Assembly: GCA_009103225.1 (NCBI GenBank) | Contig: RHPI01000560.1 | Location: 664,524-728,523, forward strand | Direction of reading: 5' to 3' | DNA: 64,000 nucleotides | Origin: Chlorokybus atmophyticus | Taxonomy: Eukaryota; Plantae; Mesostigma and Chlorokybus algae | Shown here: in pieces, positions 1 to 12,138 of the stretch | How the letters are laid out: every line of letters begins with the position of its first letter | How positions within the stretch are numbered: the stretch's first letter is position 1 | Made by a program: the position numbers and the translations under genes | The notes under the pieces: generated by a model | Seen by the model: the letters and a program-made list of their open reading frames with translations, nothing else | Told to the model about the DNA's origin: nothing | The model's database searches: none

Positions 1-174
1 GCAGCCCTGCCTCTCTCTTCTCCCCCTGCCCTGAGCGATGCGACCCCTCCCGCAGCCGTCGCAAACGCGGTGTTGCGGGAGATCAAGCGGGTGTTGGTGG
101 AGCAGAGGACCGCACGGACGAAAGAGGAGTGGGAGAGGAGGAAAGAGGCGGAGGCGGAAGCGGAAGCGAGATGA
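1..174 (+). CDS. Possible 3' end of an upstream gene (charged C-terminus, unidentified)
   Basis: Frame 1 is open from base 1 to TGA at 172-174 (AALPLSSPP...VLREIKRVLVEQRTARTKEEWERRKEAEAEAEAR*), GC-rich like other exons here; no homology recognised. Confidence 0.35.
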   Translation, partial: AALPLSSPPALSDATPPAAVANAVLREIKRVLVEQRTARTKEEWERRKEAEAEAEAR

Positions 175-581
175 GGGTGGTGAGCGGGGACCTACTGCGG
201 CATACACCTGAGACTGTTTTGTCGTATATACTAGCAGCGTCAGCGGCTTGAGCTGAAGGCAGGTGCCAGTTTTGATGAGATTGTGGTACTAGTGGTGATG
301 ATTCGTGGGTCCCACACAACAAGGCAGAAGGAAGGTGTTGTTTCTGTGCCAGCATGCTGAAGGAAGCAGATAAGACTTGCCAACTGCAGCACCTTTCCAG
401 CAAACAAAGTTGACCAAGACTGCTTGGCTCCAGAGTTGTCGAGACTGATGTGGTGCAATGTTTGTGTGTGCATTGATGCCCTCCTGCAAGCAGTCTGTGC
501 ACGCACAACACGTTGACAGGCTCTAGTTGTATATCATGAGAGCCTAGATAGTTGTATGTGATTGTATATTACGAAAGATAT

Positions 582-3500
582 TTATTCCAGAGGTGGCACG
601 TCCTCATCGTCCAAGTTGGCATCCGACATATCTATGGCAGGAGCGCTGTATATCGGCTTGACCTCTCGCATCTGACACAGCACAATCAACCAACTTCAAT
701 CCTCTGTTGCGTGGAGAGCACCGACAAACAACAATCAATAGTTCAACACACCTGAGCGCCCGCAAACTCGTCTCCTTTTTTTTGCACGATGTTGCGCACA
801 TCAACAGCTTCAGCGTCCTTGAACGAAGATGACTTCAATTTGGTGCGGCTGATATCGATTGCTCCCACATGAGGCTTTGACGATGTGATTTCTTTCTGTT
901 GCTTCTTTGATGAGTTGTTGGGCTTGCCCCCCAACACCATTGTTGGATTCATCTTTGGCATCGTGATCACAAGGGCGCCAGTTGTGGCCGACCGCTGCGC
1001 GTAACTCTTGTCCGGCATAACCTGGCATGTCAGGTTGTGTATGTGCATGCGCGCGCGCGTGCATGTGCGTGCGTGATGTGTACTTGTTTGTGTGCGTGCG
1101 AGCATGTACGTGTGCGGGCGTTCAGATGCACATGCGTGCATACGTCGTCGCAGAATGCACGAGCTTTGCAGATGTGTGTGCATTGCCATTGATACACCTG
1201 CAGCAGCAGCTTTACTCAATACCACACCTCTTCTTGGAGCACCAACTGCAGCAGCCTGCCTTTTATCAGCACTCTCACCACGCTCGGCTGCACGTCCACC
1301 TCCATCAATGATGTGTCCATGTACCTGCATGGTACAACACTTGGTAATGCAGACCAAACTAGTTATTGTAAGATAAAAATCCAACGGTTAGCAGAACTAC
1401 TGGGTGATAAAACTCCAGCATTGCTCACTTACTTCCCGACTGGTATGTCAAGCACAAACGCCGCGTCGTCCTCGTTGTCTCTCAACATGAAGTCCCACCT
1501 GAAATAAATTGTTCAGATACATACGCGCGCGCGCATCTGAATACAAGCGTCTGTGTGTATTACGCCTGCATGACTTGCAGGTCGCTGAGGATTTGCATGT
1601 CACTGTAAGCACTGATGAATGCTTGCACAATTGCCCCTAGCGAACGACAACAATAACAACAACAACAACAACAACGACATCGACGGTGACGGCGACGGCG
1701 ACGACCAACACACTGTCCCCTCACTTACTGGCCCTCATTCTTCTGCCACACACGCTCGCCTTCAATGAGCGGCTCGAACGCCGTTCGTCTCGGCTTCCCT
1801 TTGACTCCTCCCAGAACATCGTCGGCCTCGCTCTTCTGCTCAGACACAAGGCCACTTGCTGTTGTGCTTGCTGTTCTGGTTATTGTTGTTGTTGTTGTTG
1901 TTGTAACTGTTGAGTTGTGTGTGTACTAGGCCATGTGTTGGGAGTATGAGAGTGACATAGTGTCGCACCTTCTTGGCTTCGGACTCTTCTCGCATGGCTG
2001 TTAGCTCGCGATGCTCAGCGAGACGAGTCTTTGCGGACCAGGCGCGAACCCGCTCCCCTTTCTCATCACTGCATACGAGGAATAGAGGTCATGAATTAAT
2101 ATACTCCCACCACCTCACCCGCAACAACAACAATAACAACAAGAAAAGCCATCCGCATGCACACGTAACTGCATGTGCACAGATTACACTCCAATGTGCG
2201 CGCACACACACACACACACATGTGCATGTGCATGACGTGCTGGCAAGCATGCACACATGCACAAGTGACATGCACATATGCATGCACACATGCATGATGA
2301 CACATGCGCGCAAGCACGTATTCACACATACACAGGTGCACACGCTCGCCAAGCAATAGCGGTTCGTTTGTGCTTACTAGCGTGGCTCTTCTTCCTCGTC
2401 TTCGATGTCGTCCTCCCCATCCTCTACATCCCCTCTGCGCTCAGTCGATATCAATGCGGGCCAGTCCACGCCCGCTGCCTCCAACTCTGATATCAGCCGA
2501 GCGCGTATCTCCGGTAAAGCCTGTGAATAAAACGAGATTGACGACCATGAAGACACACGACACAGAAAAGGGATGACGGTTTGGTCTGTGTTTACCTGCT
2601 GCGCTGATATCCGCTCTGAAGGGAGTATGTCTTGGCCGTCCAGCCGCTGAAGCAACAAGCAAAGCAACACATATTATGAAGCAGTGCCTTCGCCAAGACA
2701 GATTGTTGTACAGTGGTGGTGCACAAACACACGCATGCCCAAATTCGCACCCACACCCACACGCGCGCGCACATGTGTATCTGCCTGTGTGCGCCCTCGT
2801 TATGTACAGAGCACGCGCGTGTGCGTGCACGCATATGCATGCGCATGCGTGCACATGTGTGTGCGCGCGTGTGTCACCCCTAAGCTTGCATGTGCATGAA
2901 AATGTCTCCATGCGCCCACCTTCAGTTGCGTTATCGTCCCCACGACAAACTGCCTGTACCCCTCCCAGTCCGTGCACGGGTTCCCCGTCAGGAACAGCTC
3001 CCTCAGCCCCGCGTTCTCTCTCCGCAGCCGCTCCACACTCAACAAACCAGGCAGAGAGACGAAGTTCACGGTAAGGTCGAGCTTGGAGAGAGACTCGCAG
3101 CGGTGCAGACCAGAAATCTGTTACGGGGGGAAAAAGAATGCTTGATTGATTGATTAATGATTTTCCTTTTTCTTTTATTGTTATTGATTGGAGGATGTGA
3201 GTATAGTGAGGTGGGGGTGGAATGCTTGTAAGGATGGGGATGGCGAAGGCAACAAGCACAATTCCTGTTAAGGTGGATGGTTTGTATTTGTCATGCCTTG
3301 GTGATGTTGTTGACGGCGAGGTTGAGGTACTGCAGCTCCTTGAGCCTGTGGACATTCTCTGCATGTGTATATACAAATAATCAGCAAGTAACGATATGTT
3401 CGTGCGTGTGTGCGTGTGCTTACCAATCTTGCTGATGAGGTTGTTCTGCAAGTAGAGTATCTCCAAGTGCCTGCAGAGCTGCCCAAGCACCCGGTTGATC

Positions 3501-3736
3501 TGCTCGATCTCCTGCTGGTGCAGCGACACCTCCTGCCAAAAGCCAACAGCGAAAAGCATCACTTAGCCCACAAGTCAAAACCAAAGATTGCTACAAAACA
3601 CGTATGGTGTGATTTGTTTAGGGCATGACACTGGTTTGAGATGTGCTGCCGCATTGTCACTTGCTTTTAGGGTTGAGAGTATGCACTCGTTGTGTTCCGC
3701 CCGCCGCCGCAGCATGTCCTCGGAGATGGGAGCCAT
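582..3736 (-). CDS. DNAAF11: Dynein axonemal assembly factor 11 (LRRC6/TILB/Seahorse), multi-exon
   Basis: Spliced exons read [24 protein letters not shown]|[13 protein letters not shown]...[14 protein letters not shown]|[21 protein letters not shown]|[19 protein letters not shown]...[21 protein letters not shown]|[13 protein letters not shown]...[27 protein letters not shown]...[18 protein letters not shown]...DDEDVPPLE*. This matches the LRR, LRRcap and CS-like architecture and the conserved DxPPL tail of LRRC6. ATG at 3736, TAA at 582-584. Confidence 0.93.
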
Positions 3737-5274
3737 GCTGGTCGCTGATAAGGATTGTGTATGTGCATGTGCGTTGTAATGTGGGTCTCAGAGCTAGGGT
3801 GCTTGTTGCCGCCGTTGACGATGGCACTGCCGCCACCGCCGCCTAAGGTAGTTGTGTCACGTGAGTTGTCTGCTGTGTGTTGCCTGACGTGGCACGTTGG
3901 AACATGACGATCTATGTTGCAGGCAAAAGATGTCTTGCCGCCTGCAAGAGTTGCAGGCCAGAAACCGACAGTCACCAAATACCGGTCATTTATGTCTGTT
4001 GTGAGCGCTTCAAGGCTATGGTAACAGATCTTGTTGTTCAGGAATGTCAAGGCAAAGACGCCAATAGTTTGTCTACAAATGACGCGAAGAAACGTTGAGT
4101 ATGATTGAGATGGAAATACCTATTGATGAATTGTGCAATATGAGTTGAGATTTGCCAATGTTGACTGTGACTGTAACACAAAATAATATAAGCGATATGT
4201 TGCTATGCGAGCTGACAAATGGATCCAAGTTGAATTGTTCAATGAGTGTTGGGTCTGAACACCATGATTGGTTTGTGCATACATGATGCAAATACGCAGC
4301 TGTGTACATTATTTCAACATTGTGCGGAGACTCATTGATGAATTGTATGATACATATTTGTTTTGGGAATGTTGATCATGATGATGACAACTATCATATG
4401 ACAGTCCGTCACTCACTCGCAGATAGTTGCAAAATCACGTGCATTCTCTTGCTACTTAAGGTTCCTGAGTTAACACCGTGATTATTAAACTGTTGTAAGT
4501 CATTAGCTTATCCTAGTAATGGAGAACAACGTAGACAGTTTGTGTGATGATGCAAATAAAAATGAACAAGAAGGAGTAGTAAAGTAAAAAGTAGTCATGT
4601 AAAATAAAACAACAAGTAGTTAAACGGGCATGAAAAATGTTATGTATCAGCTAATTTAACACTATGCAAATGCACATCGATAAATTTACTTATGGGTTTT
4701 GGTTGGCAAACATCTTCATGCGCACGATAAGGTCACATCAAGTGGTGTAGCACAATACATATGCTACTACATGAGCCAAAACGATGTAATTATATTCTTG
4801 CACATGAACGAAGCAATATGCAAAATTTGTTGCGTATAACATGTGCAAAATATGATAAAGGTCATGTCGTAAGGTTATTATATGCTACACTAATAAACGA
4901 TGCTTACACAAATTGTAAATGCAATTTAAGTATATACTTACCGAGGGTTAAGTTGCGGTTGGGGCAAAGAGCAAAAAGGTGACTGCGGGGCCTCAACTTT
5001 CAGATTGGTCGGTTTATGGCAGCGACAAGGTCTTGACGGCGGCTATGGCTATATACACTTGAACGTCAATGGAATTGGTGGGCCTTTGACGCTCGTCGTT
5101 GGTCCACTGCTCGCAACACCGTCGGCAAGTGAACTTGTTTAACGGCTGTGTAATTTGCGGCAAAAGCTATATTGTTTTGCTAAACATTGCTTGCTGCCAG
5201 ATAAGCATCAAATTAACACTCACGAGCGCCCAAATGCTGACCGTATTGATTTGGTCACTACCAACATTATCAAC

Positions 5275-5550
5275 ATGACGACCACCCGCATCGACCGCCT
5301 CAAAGACAAGCTTGACAAGGGGTTAACGGAGTCGAAAGCTGATGCGAACAAGAAATTTGAGATATTGAAGACAGATATGGAAAAGCGGTTCACAGATTGA
5401 AAGGCTAACACAAACAACAATTTTGCTTACGTCGACGAAAAGTTTAAAAGGCTGACCAACATCGTCAATGTTCTTTCTTACAATTTCGTTTTCATAGCCG
5501 GAACGATTTATCAAAGTTTACAACATTTATTTATAGTACGTGCATTAATG
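5275..5550 (+). pseudogene. Intronless coiled-coil ORF with hydrophobic tail, one frameshift
   Basis: MTTTRIDRLKDKLDKGLTESKADANKKFEILKTDMEKRFTD, then after a 1-nt shift near 5398 LKANTNNNFAYVDEKFKRLTNIVNVLSYNFVFIAGTIYQSLQHLFI. Heptad-like and AT-rich, unlike host exons. Confidence 0.35.
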
Positions 5551-6010
5551 ACATAGCCGTTTTGTCACAAAATTTGAAGTAGACCAATATGTAATCACTA
5601 AGCGATTTTGCATTGGTCTACTTTGGTCTAGCTAGTGCAGGATGGTAGTGAAGGTTGATAGGTAGCAACTTAGTGCATATAGCCTGGTGGTGATGTGGAA
5701 AATGACTGAGTCGTGTGTAATAGTTATGATTGCACATGTCGTGCCGACCTTAGTGATTCGTTAAAGTTCATGATACTTGTAGTACCTGCTTTAGTGACAA
5801 GCCGTTTTGCCATTAAAGTAGACCAGTTCAAATTGCTAAGCTTTAGCAATTTTGAACTGGTCTACTGAGTAAATTGCGGTAATGAACATAGGTAGGTAGC
5901 AACTTATATTTAATAATTAATGCGTACAGCCTAATGATGGTGTGGTAGATGAGTAAGTTGTGTGTATCTGTCATGCTTGCATGTCTCGTGCATATTTCAA
6001 CCCCGCATCG
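5533..6010. repeat. Two diverged tandem units (~246 bp period), each with a GTAGACCA...TGGTCTAC hairpin
   Basis: Shared anchors TAGTAC(G/C)TGC, GCCGTTTTG, GTAGACCA..TGGTCTAC and TAGGTAGCAACTTA recur at ~246-bp offset. Hairpins at 5577-5623 and 5817-5866. Confidence 0.7.
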
Positions 6011-6077
6011 CATATCTTGTACACCCGGCACTGCGTAAACACGAAGATGTATAATTATATGCATTGTTCAAGTATTC

Positions 6078-6409
6078 TGTAAGAAGGGGGGTGCTACCGC
6101 CCCCTGTAATCCCCTACCCCAACACCACCACCAGCCACGCCGCCGGTCCACACCGCCGCCGCCGCTGCCAGGGCTGCTGCCAGAGCAAAAGATGCTCTAT
6201 GGCGGCCGCTGCGTTAACAGCGCCGCCATGCGGCTAGTGTCGATGTGAGACATGAGTCTCACATCAATATTAGTGTTAGCGATAAGCTAACACTACATTA
6301 AGGCCATAAAGGCCCTAATACGGCTCACTTCGCTGTTTATTACCCGTTGGGACCCTTGTTTCTAACTAAATAAGGGCGGGGAACTGCATAGCGGTAGCAC
6401 TCCGTTACA
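6078..6409 (-). repeat. 3' LTR (332 bp)
   Basis: TGTAAGAAGG...CCGTTACA; aligns to 12951-13276 with roughly 20-25 substitutions and two indels (counted by eye). Confidence 0.95.
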
Positions 6410-6636
<227 letters not shown>

Positions 6637-6757
6637 NCCCCCCACTTGGGTTTCAATGTCCTCATTGAAGGGCTAGCAAGGCCCCACCGTGAGCACTGAA
6701 AACAGGAGTAAAACGAGAACCAGGGCTGAAGCGGTAAAGATGTCTGCCAGCACCCTT

Positions 6758-9700
6758 TTACCGTCCGCGTGCGGACACATCACTCCGGTACGCCCGAAAA
6801 ATCTCTTGGCAGTTGGTAAGATCCCTTTCGGGTTCTCACGTGTTGTGTTCAACACCATACCCTTTCCATTTCACCAAGTAAGTCAGCGCGCGTCCGCATC
6901 CGGGCTTACGGTGACTTAGAATTGCTTCCACTTCGTACTCGAAAGTATCATTGCCATTCACTGCGACAAAAGTGGAGGAGGTTGAACCCGACCGTCTGAA
7001 CGGTACGGTTTCAGTACACTCACATAAAACACGTTATGTATACGTGGATGGATTGTGGTAACTCCAAGCGATACGCGTGAGTGCCGACCCGATCAACCAC
7101 TTTGAAGGGGCCTATTGAGCGAGGGCAAAACTTTTAGGTACCCACTCCCTTGATGGACATGTTTTTAGTGCTTAAAAGCACCGAATTGCCCACATCATAG
7201 TCGGCCTGCCTACGATGCTTATTAGCTTGGGCTTTTAATCTGTCTTGCGCTGCGCGCAGACAGCTCTTTGCCAACGCTAACCTGTCTTAAATGGCCGCAG
7301 CCATTTCGCGCGCTGCATGCACGCGAGTCAAGTCGTTAGCCGGCAACTTAGTACTCGCAGGACGTTGTGGATGCACTCCGTAATTTAAGAAAAACGGAAT
7401 TTCCTGCACACTCTCTTGCCATGCATTGTTAATCACGAACTCAGCCATTGAAAGATAAATATCCCAATCAAACTGATTTGGACTCACATAATGCCGGATG
7501 GTTTCCTCAATCACTTCATTGGCGCCTTCAGTCTGACCATCAGTCTGCGGATAATAATCGGTACTCATGTGCTGTTGTATCTGCAGAAAAATGCATAGCG
7601 ACTTGACAAAACTGAGCCACAAACCTCGGGTCACGGTCAGAGACAATGTTGCGAGGCAAGCCATGCAACTTGAACACTGACGCGACAAAAACCATCGCTA
7701 AATCACGGGAGCCTATCTCCGTACGGCAAGAAACAATGTGAACCATTTTGGTCAAACGATCCACAAATACTGCAACCGCAGTATGACCCAACGATGTCTC
7801 AGGGAGCTGAGTGATAATGTCCATACTCACACTTTCCCACTTACTGTCAAGAACTGGTAACGGGCGTAGTAGCCCAGCGGGCTTTTATCATAACAGTTTG
7901 TGACGTTAACATTTGTCACACGTGTCCACATACCGCTTTACATCAATAGGCAACGATGGCCACCAATACAACTGTTGCGCTGCCTTGGTGGTCTTGCGAT
8001 TACCAAAGTGCCCAGCGTACGGTGGATCGTGCATATCCGCTATGCACTTTACACGCTTTCAGCATGGTCAGGTATCACCAAACTGTTGCTCATGTAATAC
8101 AGATTGTCAGGTTTGTCAAACTTTAGTAAGTTAACTACAATTGAAAACCACGGGATCAAAGTGTACCCCTGTACAACAGCTTGCACAACCTCATCTTCAG
8201 GAGACAATGTGCTGCGTGTCGCGAGTAATTGCGCGCGCATCACCGCCAGTAAAGACGGGCAGCGACTTAAAGGGTCAGCCCCACATTGGTTCTGCTCAGC
8301 CGATACACCCATCAAAGGTGAACCTGGACAAAAACTCATTCCAGCACGCTTGCCGTCTCGACAAGTTTTGCTGTGTTGAAAAAAATTCACCAACGGGTTG
8401 TGATCAGTCACAACAGTGAATTGAACACCTTTTAAGTAACATCTCCATGTCTTTAGAGCATGAACTATACCCATTAATTCTTGCTCTGTCGTAGTGTAGT
8501 TCACCTCTGCATGAATGAACTTCCTACTCTCATAAGCACAAGGTCTGCCAGCTTGCAACAGTACCGCACCACCCCCAAGTGTTGATGGGTTACTGCCAGT
8601 AACCATTGTGTGGTCAGTGACCATTGTGAAGTGTTTGTCCCAATTTGGCAGTGCTAGCATCGGCGCTGATGTCAAAGCCAACTCTACCTTTTGCATAGCA
8701 GCTTCTTGTTGTGTTGTGCAAGTGAACGGGGCATCTTTACGCAACAGTTTGGTCAAAAGCATGACAACTGTGAGTACGCCATCATGAACTTGCAAAAGTA
8801 GTTTGCAACCCTAGAAACGACTTTGGTTGATGGACATTCTGAGGTTGGGGCCACTCTTTCACAACCTGCACTTTGCGAGGGTCAGGCTTGATAACTGCAC
8901 CGCTCACAATGTGACCAAGGAAGGGCAATTCCGTTTTACAAAAATCACACTTGGTGAGATTTGCCAACAAACGATGCTTGCGCAATCTTGCAAACACCGC
9001 TTCCAAGTGTTGCCTATGTTCTTCCTTTGTTTTACTGAAGACAATGATGTCCAAGTATATCTTGACATGCTTACCAAGCGTATCACCGAAAGTGCTAATT
9101 ATTTCCTTCTGAAACACAGCGGGTGCATTAGTCAATCCAAAAGGTAATACTTTGTATTGATAATTGCCCGTAGGTGTTTCGAATGCTGTCTTATAGACAT
9201 CTAAAGGAGGAATCCGGATTTGATGATAACCACTTGTCAAGTCTAGCGTATTGATGATGTGTTTAACAAGTTGTCACGAAATGCGAACTAAAGTACGCAT
9301 TTCGTGACAACTTGTTAAACACATCATCAATCCTTGGCAACGGGTATCTGTTCTTTACCGTGATATTGTTTAGAGCACGGTAATCCACACACATGCGCAA
9401 CTTCCCATTCCTCTTCATAACAAACAAGATGGGTGCGCCAAAGGGTGAAGAACTTGGTTCAATCAATCCCTTTTCCAGTAACTCTTTTATTTATGTTTCC
9501 ATTTCCCCCCTCTCACGAGGGCTCAACCTATATATAGGCCGAATGGAGGCTCACTATCATGAATTAAAGGTATTGTGTGCCCGACACCTCGATCACGGGG
9601 CAAGCCCGGCAACTCATCTGAGAACACATCCTGAAACTTCTCAATGATGTCCGCCACGCCTTCTGTATTACCAGGCACTACATCATCACTCGACGTTAAG

Positions 9701-10151
9701 TGCATTAGAAAAGCAGGTGTGTTTTTACGTAACGCACGCTTCAGAACGTAACGCATGCTTCGGATCTTAAAGCGCCGTAAGTACGCCCCTTCTTTACTGA
9801 GCACAACCGTGCAGCAGTATCTGATGTCATAAACACTTGATGTTGCCATTCTTGGCCAAATACCACATCAACACCAGCGATGTCAACGGGTACTACGATG
9901 AAAGTTAAATTGGCTTGATAACTACCAGTCTTAACTTTTGACTTGATTTCATCTTTTACTGATAACGCACCCCCAGCACCAGCAGCTGAGAAGGCTGAGG
10001 GTTTGCACGCTATCTTATTGCGCATAACCCATTTTTCTTCGACAAAGTTATGCGTTGCCCCGGCGTCAACCAAGAACGAGCTAGTAATACCCTGTGCCAT
10101 GCCTGTAAAGATCCACAATAAAGGTACTACTCGCCCTTGAAAGGTAGCCAA
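6758..10151 (-). pseudogene. pol of the chromovirus (protease, RT, RNase H, integrase, chromodomain), many frameshifts and stops
   Basis: PR FLVDAGATHNF; [59 protein letters not shown]; RH AYESRKF..NYTTTEQEL..VVTDHNPL; IN SMDIITQLP..VFVDRLTKMVH..IVSDRDPRF, PQTDGQTE, IGPFKV; chromodomain YEVEAILSHRK..YLVKWKGY. Confidence 0.93.
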
Positions 10152-10243
10152 GATTCCGTGACCGATGCGTGGGTTAATTGATATTGCTCACAACCGCACT
10201 GTCACCGTCTCACGCTTTGTGAATTGTTTCAACACAGTCCCCC

Positions 10244-10450
10244 CTGTGTAATTTGCGGCAAAAGCTATATTGTTTTGCTAAACATTGCTTGCTGCCAGAT
10301 AAGCATCAAATTAACACTCACGAGNTCAAAGGCTTCTAACCCACTATCACACACATTAATTTATTTACTACTATAACTAAGTTAAAACCCTACCCTTAAG
10401 ATGTCCGGACTTTGGTCTACTTACCCTAATTAGGCCTAATTCATGTTGAG
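10244..10450. other. Chimeric patch inside the retrotransposon (probable assembly artefact)
   Basis: 10244-10324 is identical to 5146-5226 (81 bp) and 10326-10450 is identical to 20581-20705 (125 bp); the two are joined by a single N at 10325. Confidence 0.85.
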
Positions 10451-10750
10451 CCCAAGTATGCTTTAGCCACGATCCATGATACTTGGGCACAATGACAACC
10501 ACACTTAGGATCGTGCGTTTATTTTGTAATTCACACAATGTGCGCAAAACTTCTGTTAGCATGTTAAACTCTACTGCACTAGCACACAAGCATTGTCATC
10601 CACTTTTTCACTATCAAAAAGTGGCAGCTTATCATGTGCTTGCCATGCATGTGTCATTACATGTACACGAGACAATTCATCAAACCAGTTTGCTACATGT
10701 AACACTAGCAACTGACCACCAGATGAAGGTACATCAGTCACGACGTAATC

Positions 10751-12138
10751 CTATTCAACATTCTTGGCCTTGCCTTTCACCTTGCTTAGGCAGTTCTTCG
10801 CAATGTGGCTAATGGCACACGTAGCATGCGCGTGCTGCAATAGGTGTAGCACCACTCACATGTGCGGATGAGGTTTTAGCCTTTTTTGCCGCATGCGCAC
10901 TTAGTGGAGGAACCGCTGCCCCCCTCCCCAATGTGGCTTGACTGAAGCCACCAACTGTGACTTGTCCTGCACAGCCGCATCGTTGTTGAACAGATACACA
11001 CTCAACCTCTGCAAGGTTGCGAGGTCCGCGGGAACCCACAGCTGCCCCGTCGACGTGTTGTACTGCAACTGGTCGCGCAAGCGCGCATCCAAGCCGCACT
11101 TGTACAGGTCAAACTACTTAGCCTTGTCCATGTGCATGAGCCCATTGTTGACACGACCAACAAGTGTTTGAAACTCCTGCAAATACTTTGAAGCCGCCCG
11201 ACCATTCTGTCGCAGCTTGGTGAGCTTGTTGCGAGCAGCGATAGCCGGATCCATGCCACCGTAGCGCTCCACCAGGAACTGAAACAATGCCTCCACAGTC
11301 TTGGAAGCACCATCCTCTGTTTGTCGTGCCCACTCGGCCAGAGCGTCAGGTGGCATGAGCAACTCAGCAACAAATGTATGCTCACTAACTGGTCGCTGAA
11401 GTTCAGCCAAGTAGCGCTTCACATTCACCACCCAATCATGAATGTTCACAGCCCCATTGAGCTTGAACTTCTTGGGCTTGTTCAGCGCTGTGACGGGTAG
11501 GCCAACTGATGTCCATGCTACCATTGTGGTAGCCCCGGCCACCTGCTGGCGTGATGCCACCAACTTGGATTGCATAGCATCGAGGCGTGCAATCAAGCGC
11601 TCTTCTCGAGCTAACTTCTCCTCCAGCTCAGGCCCTAAGTACCAGAAGAGGTCCTTGCAACGCTTCTGAGTTTCCACCGTCAATAAGGTGAGAGCCTCGA
11701 ACGCTATCCTCTGGCATGGATATGGGCCTGGTTTGTCATAAGTGGCCATAAGAGCGGCCACTGCTGGATCTGTGCGCATGAGTCGCGGTACATTACGCGT
11801 CAACTCGTGCTTGATCATGCGAATCACCGTCTCCTTGCTTGCGCCCACTCATCCCACACTTCCTTGCGAAGCTGGGGGTGTGCAGCAAGAAGAGCCTCAC
11901 GCTCTGATGCGTACTTTGCTATGGCCGCCCCGATGATGCTCTGAGCGTCCATAGGTTGTTCGTCATGAGAGGACTTCTTTGAAGAAGCTTCACCACTCTT
12001 AGACTTGGCTACTTCCTCCTCACAAACACTGTAACTACCACTCGTTTCTGAGTGCTTCACTTCCTCATCACTTAATGGCTCATAGGATGAATCCTTAGAA
12101 ACGGGATACATCCCGCCTTCCTCTCCTTGGTGAGACAT
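10751..12138 (-). pseudogene. gag of the chromovirus (frameshifted)
   Basis: MSHQGEEGG..., then ..NKPKKFK..WVVNVKRYL..FLVERYGGMDPAIAARNKLTKLRQ..ASKYLQEF (Retrotrans_gag-like), ending CYVCH..SHIAKNC (CCHC knuckle) and TAG at 10751-10753. Confidence 0.85.

Noticed and set aside
1027-2359. Numerous His/Thr/Cys/Val-rich ORFs (here and at 50.4-54.9 kb)
   Set aside because: Translations of (CA/TG)n intron sequence.
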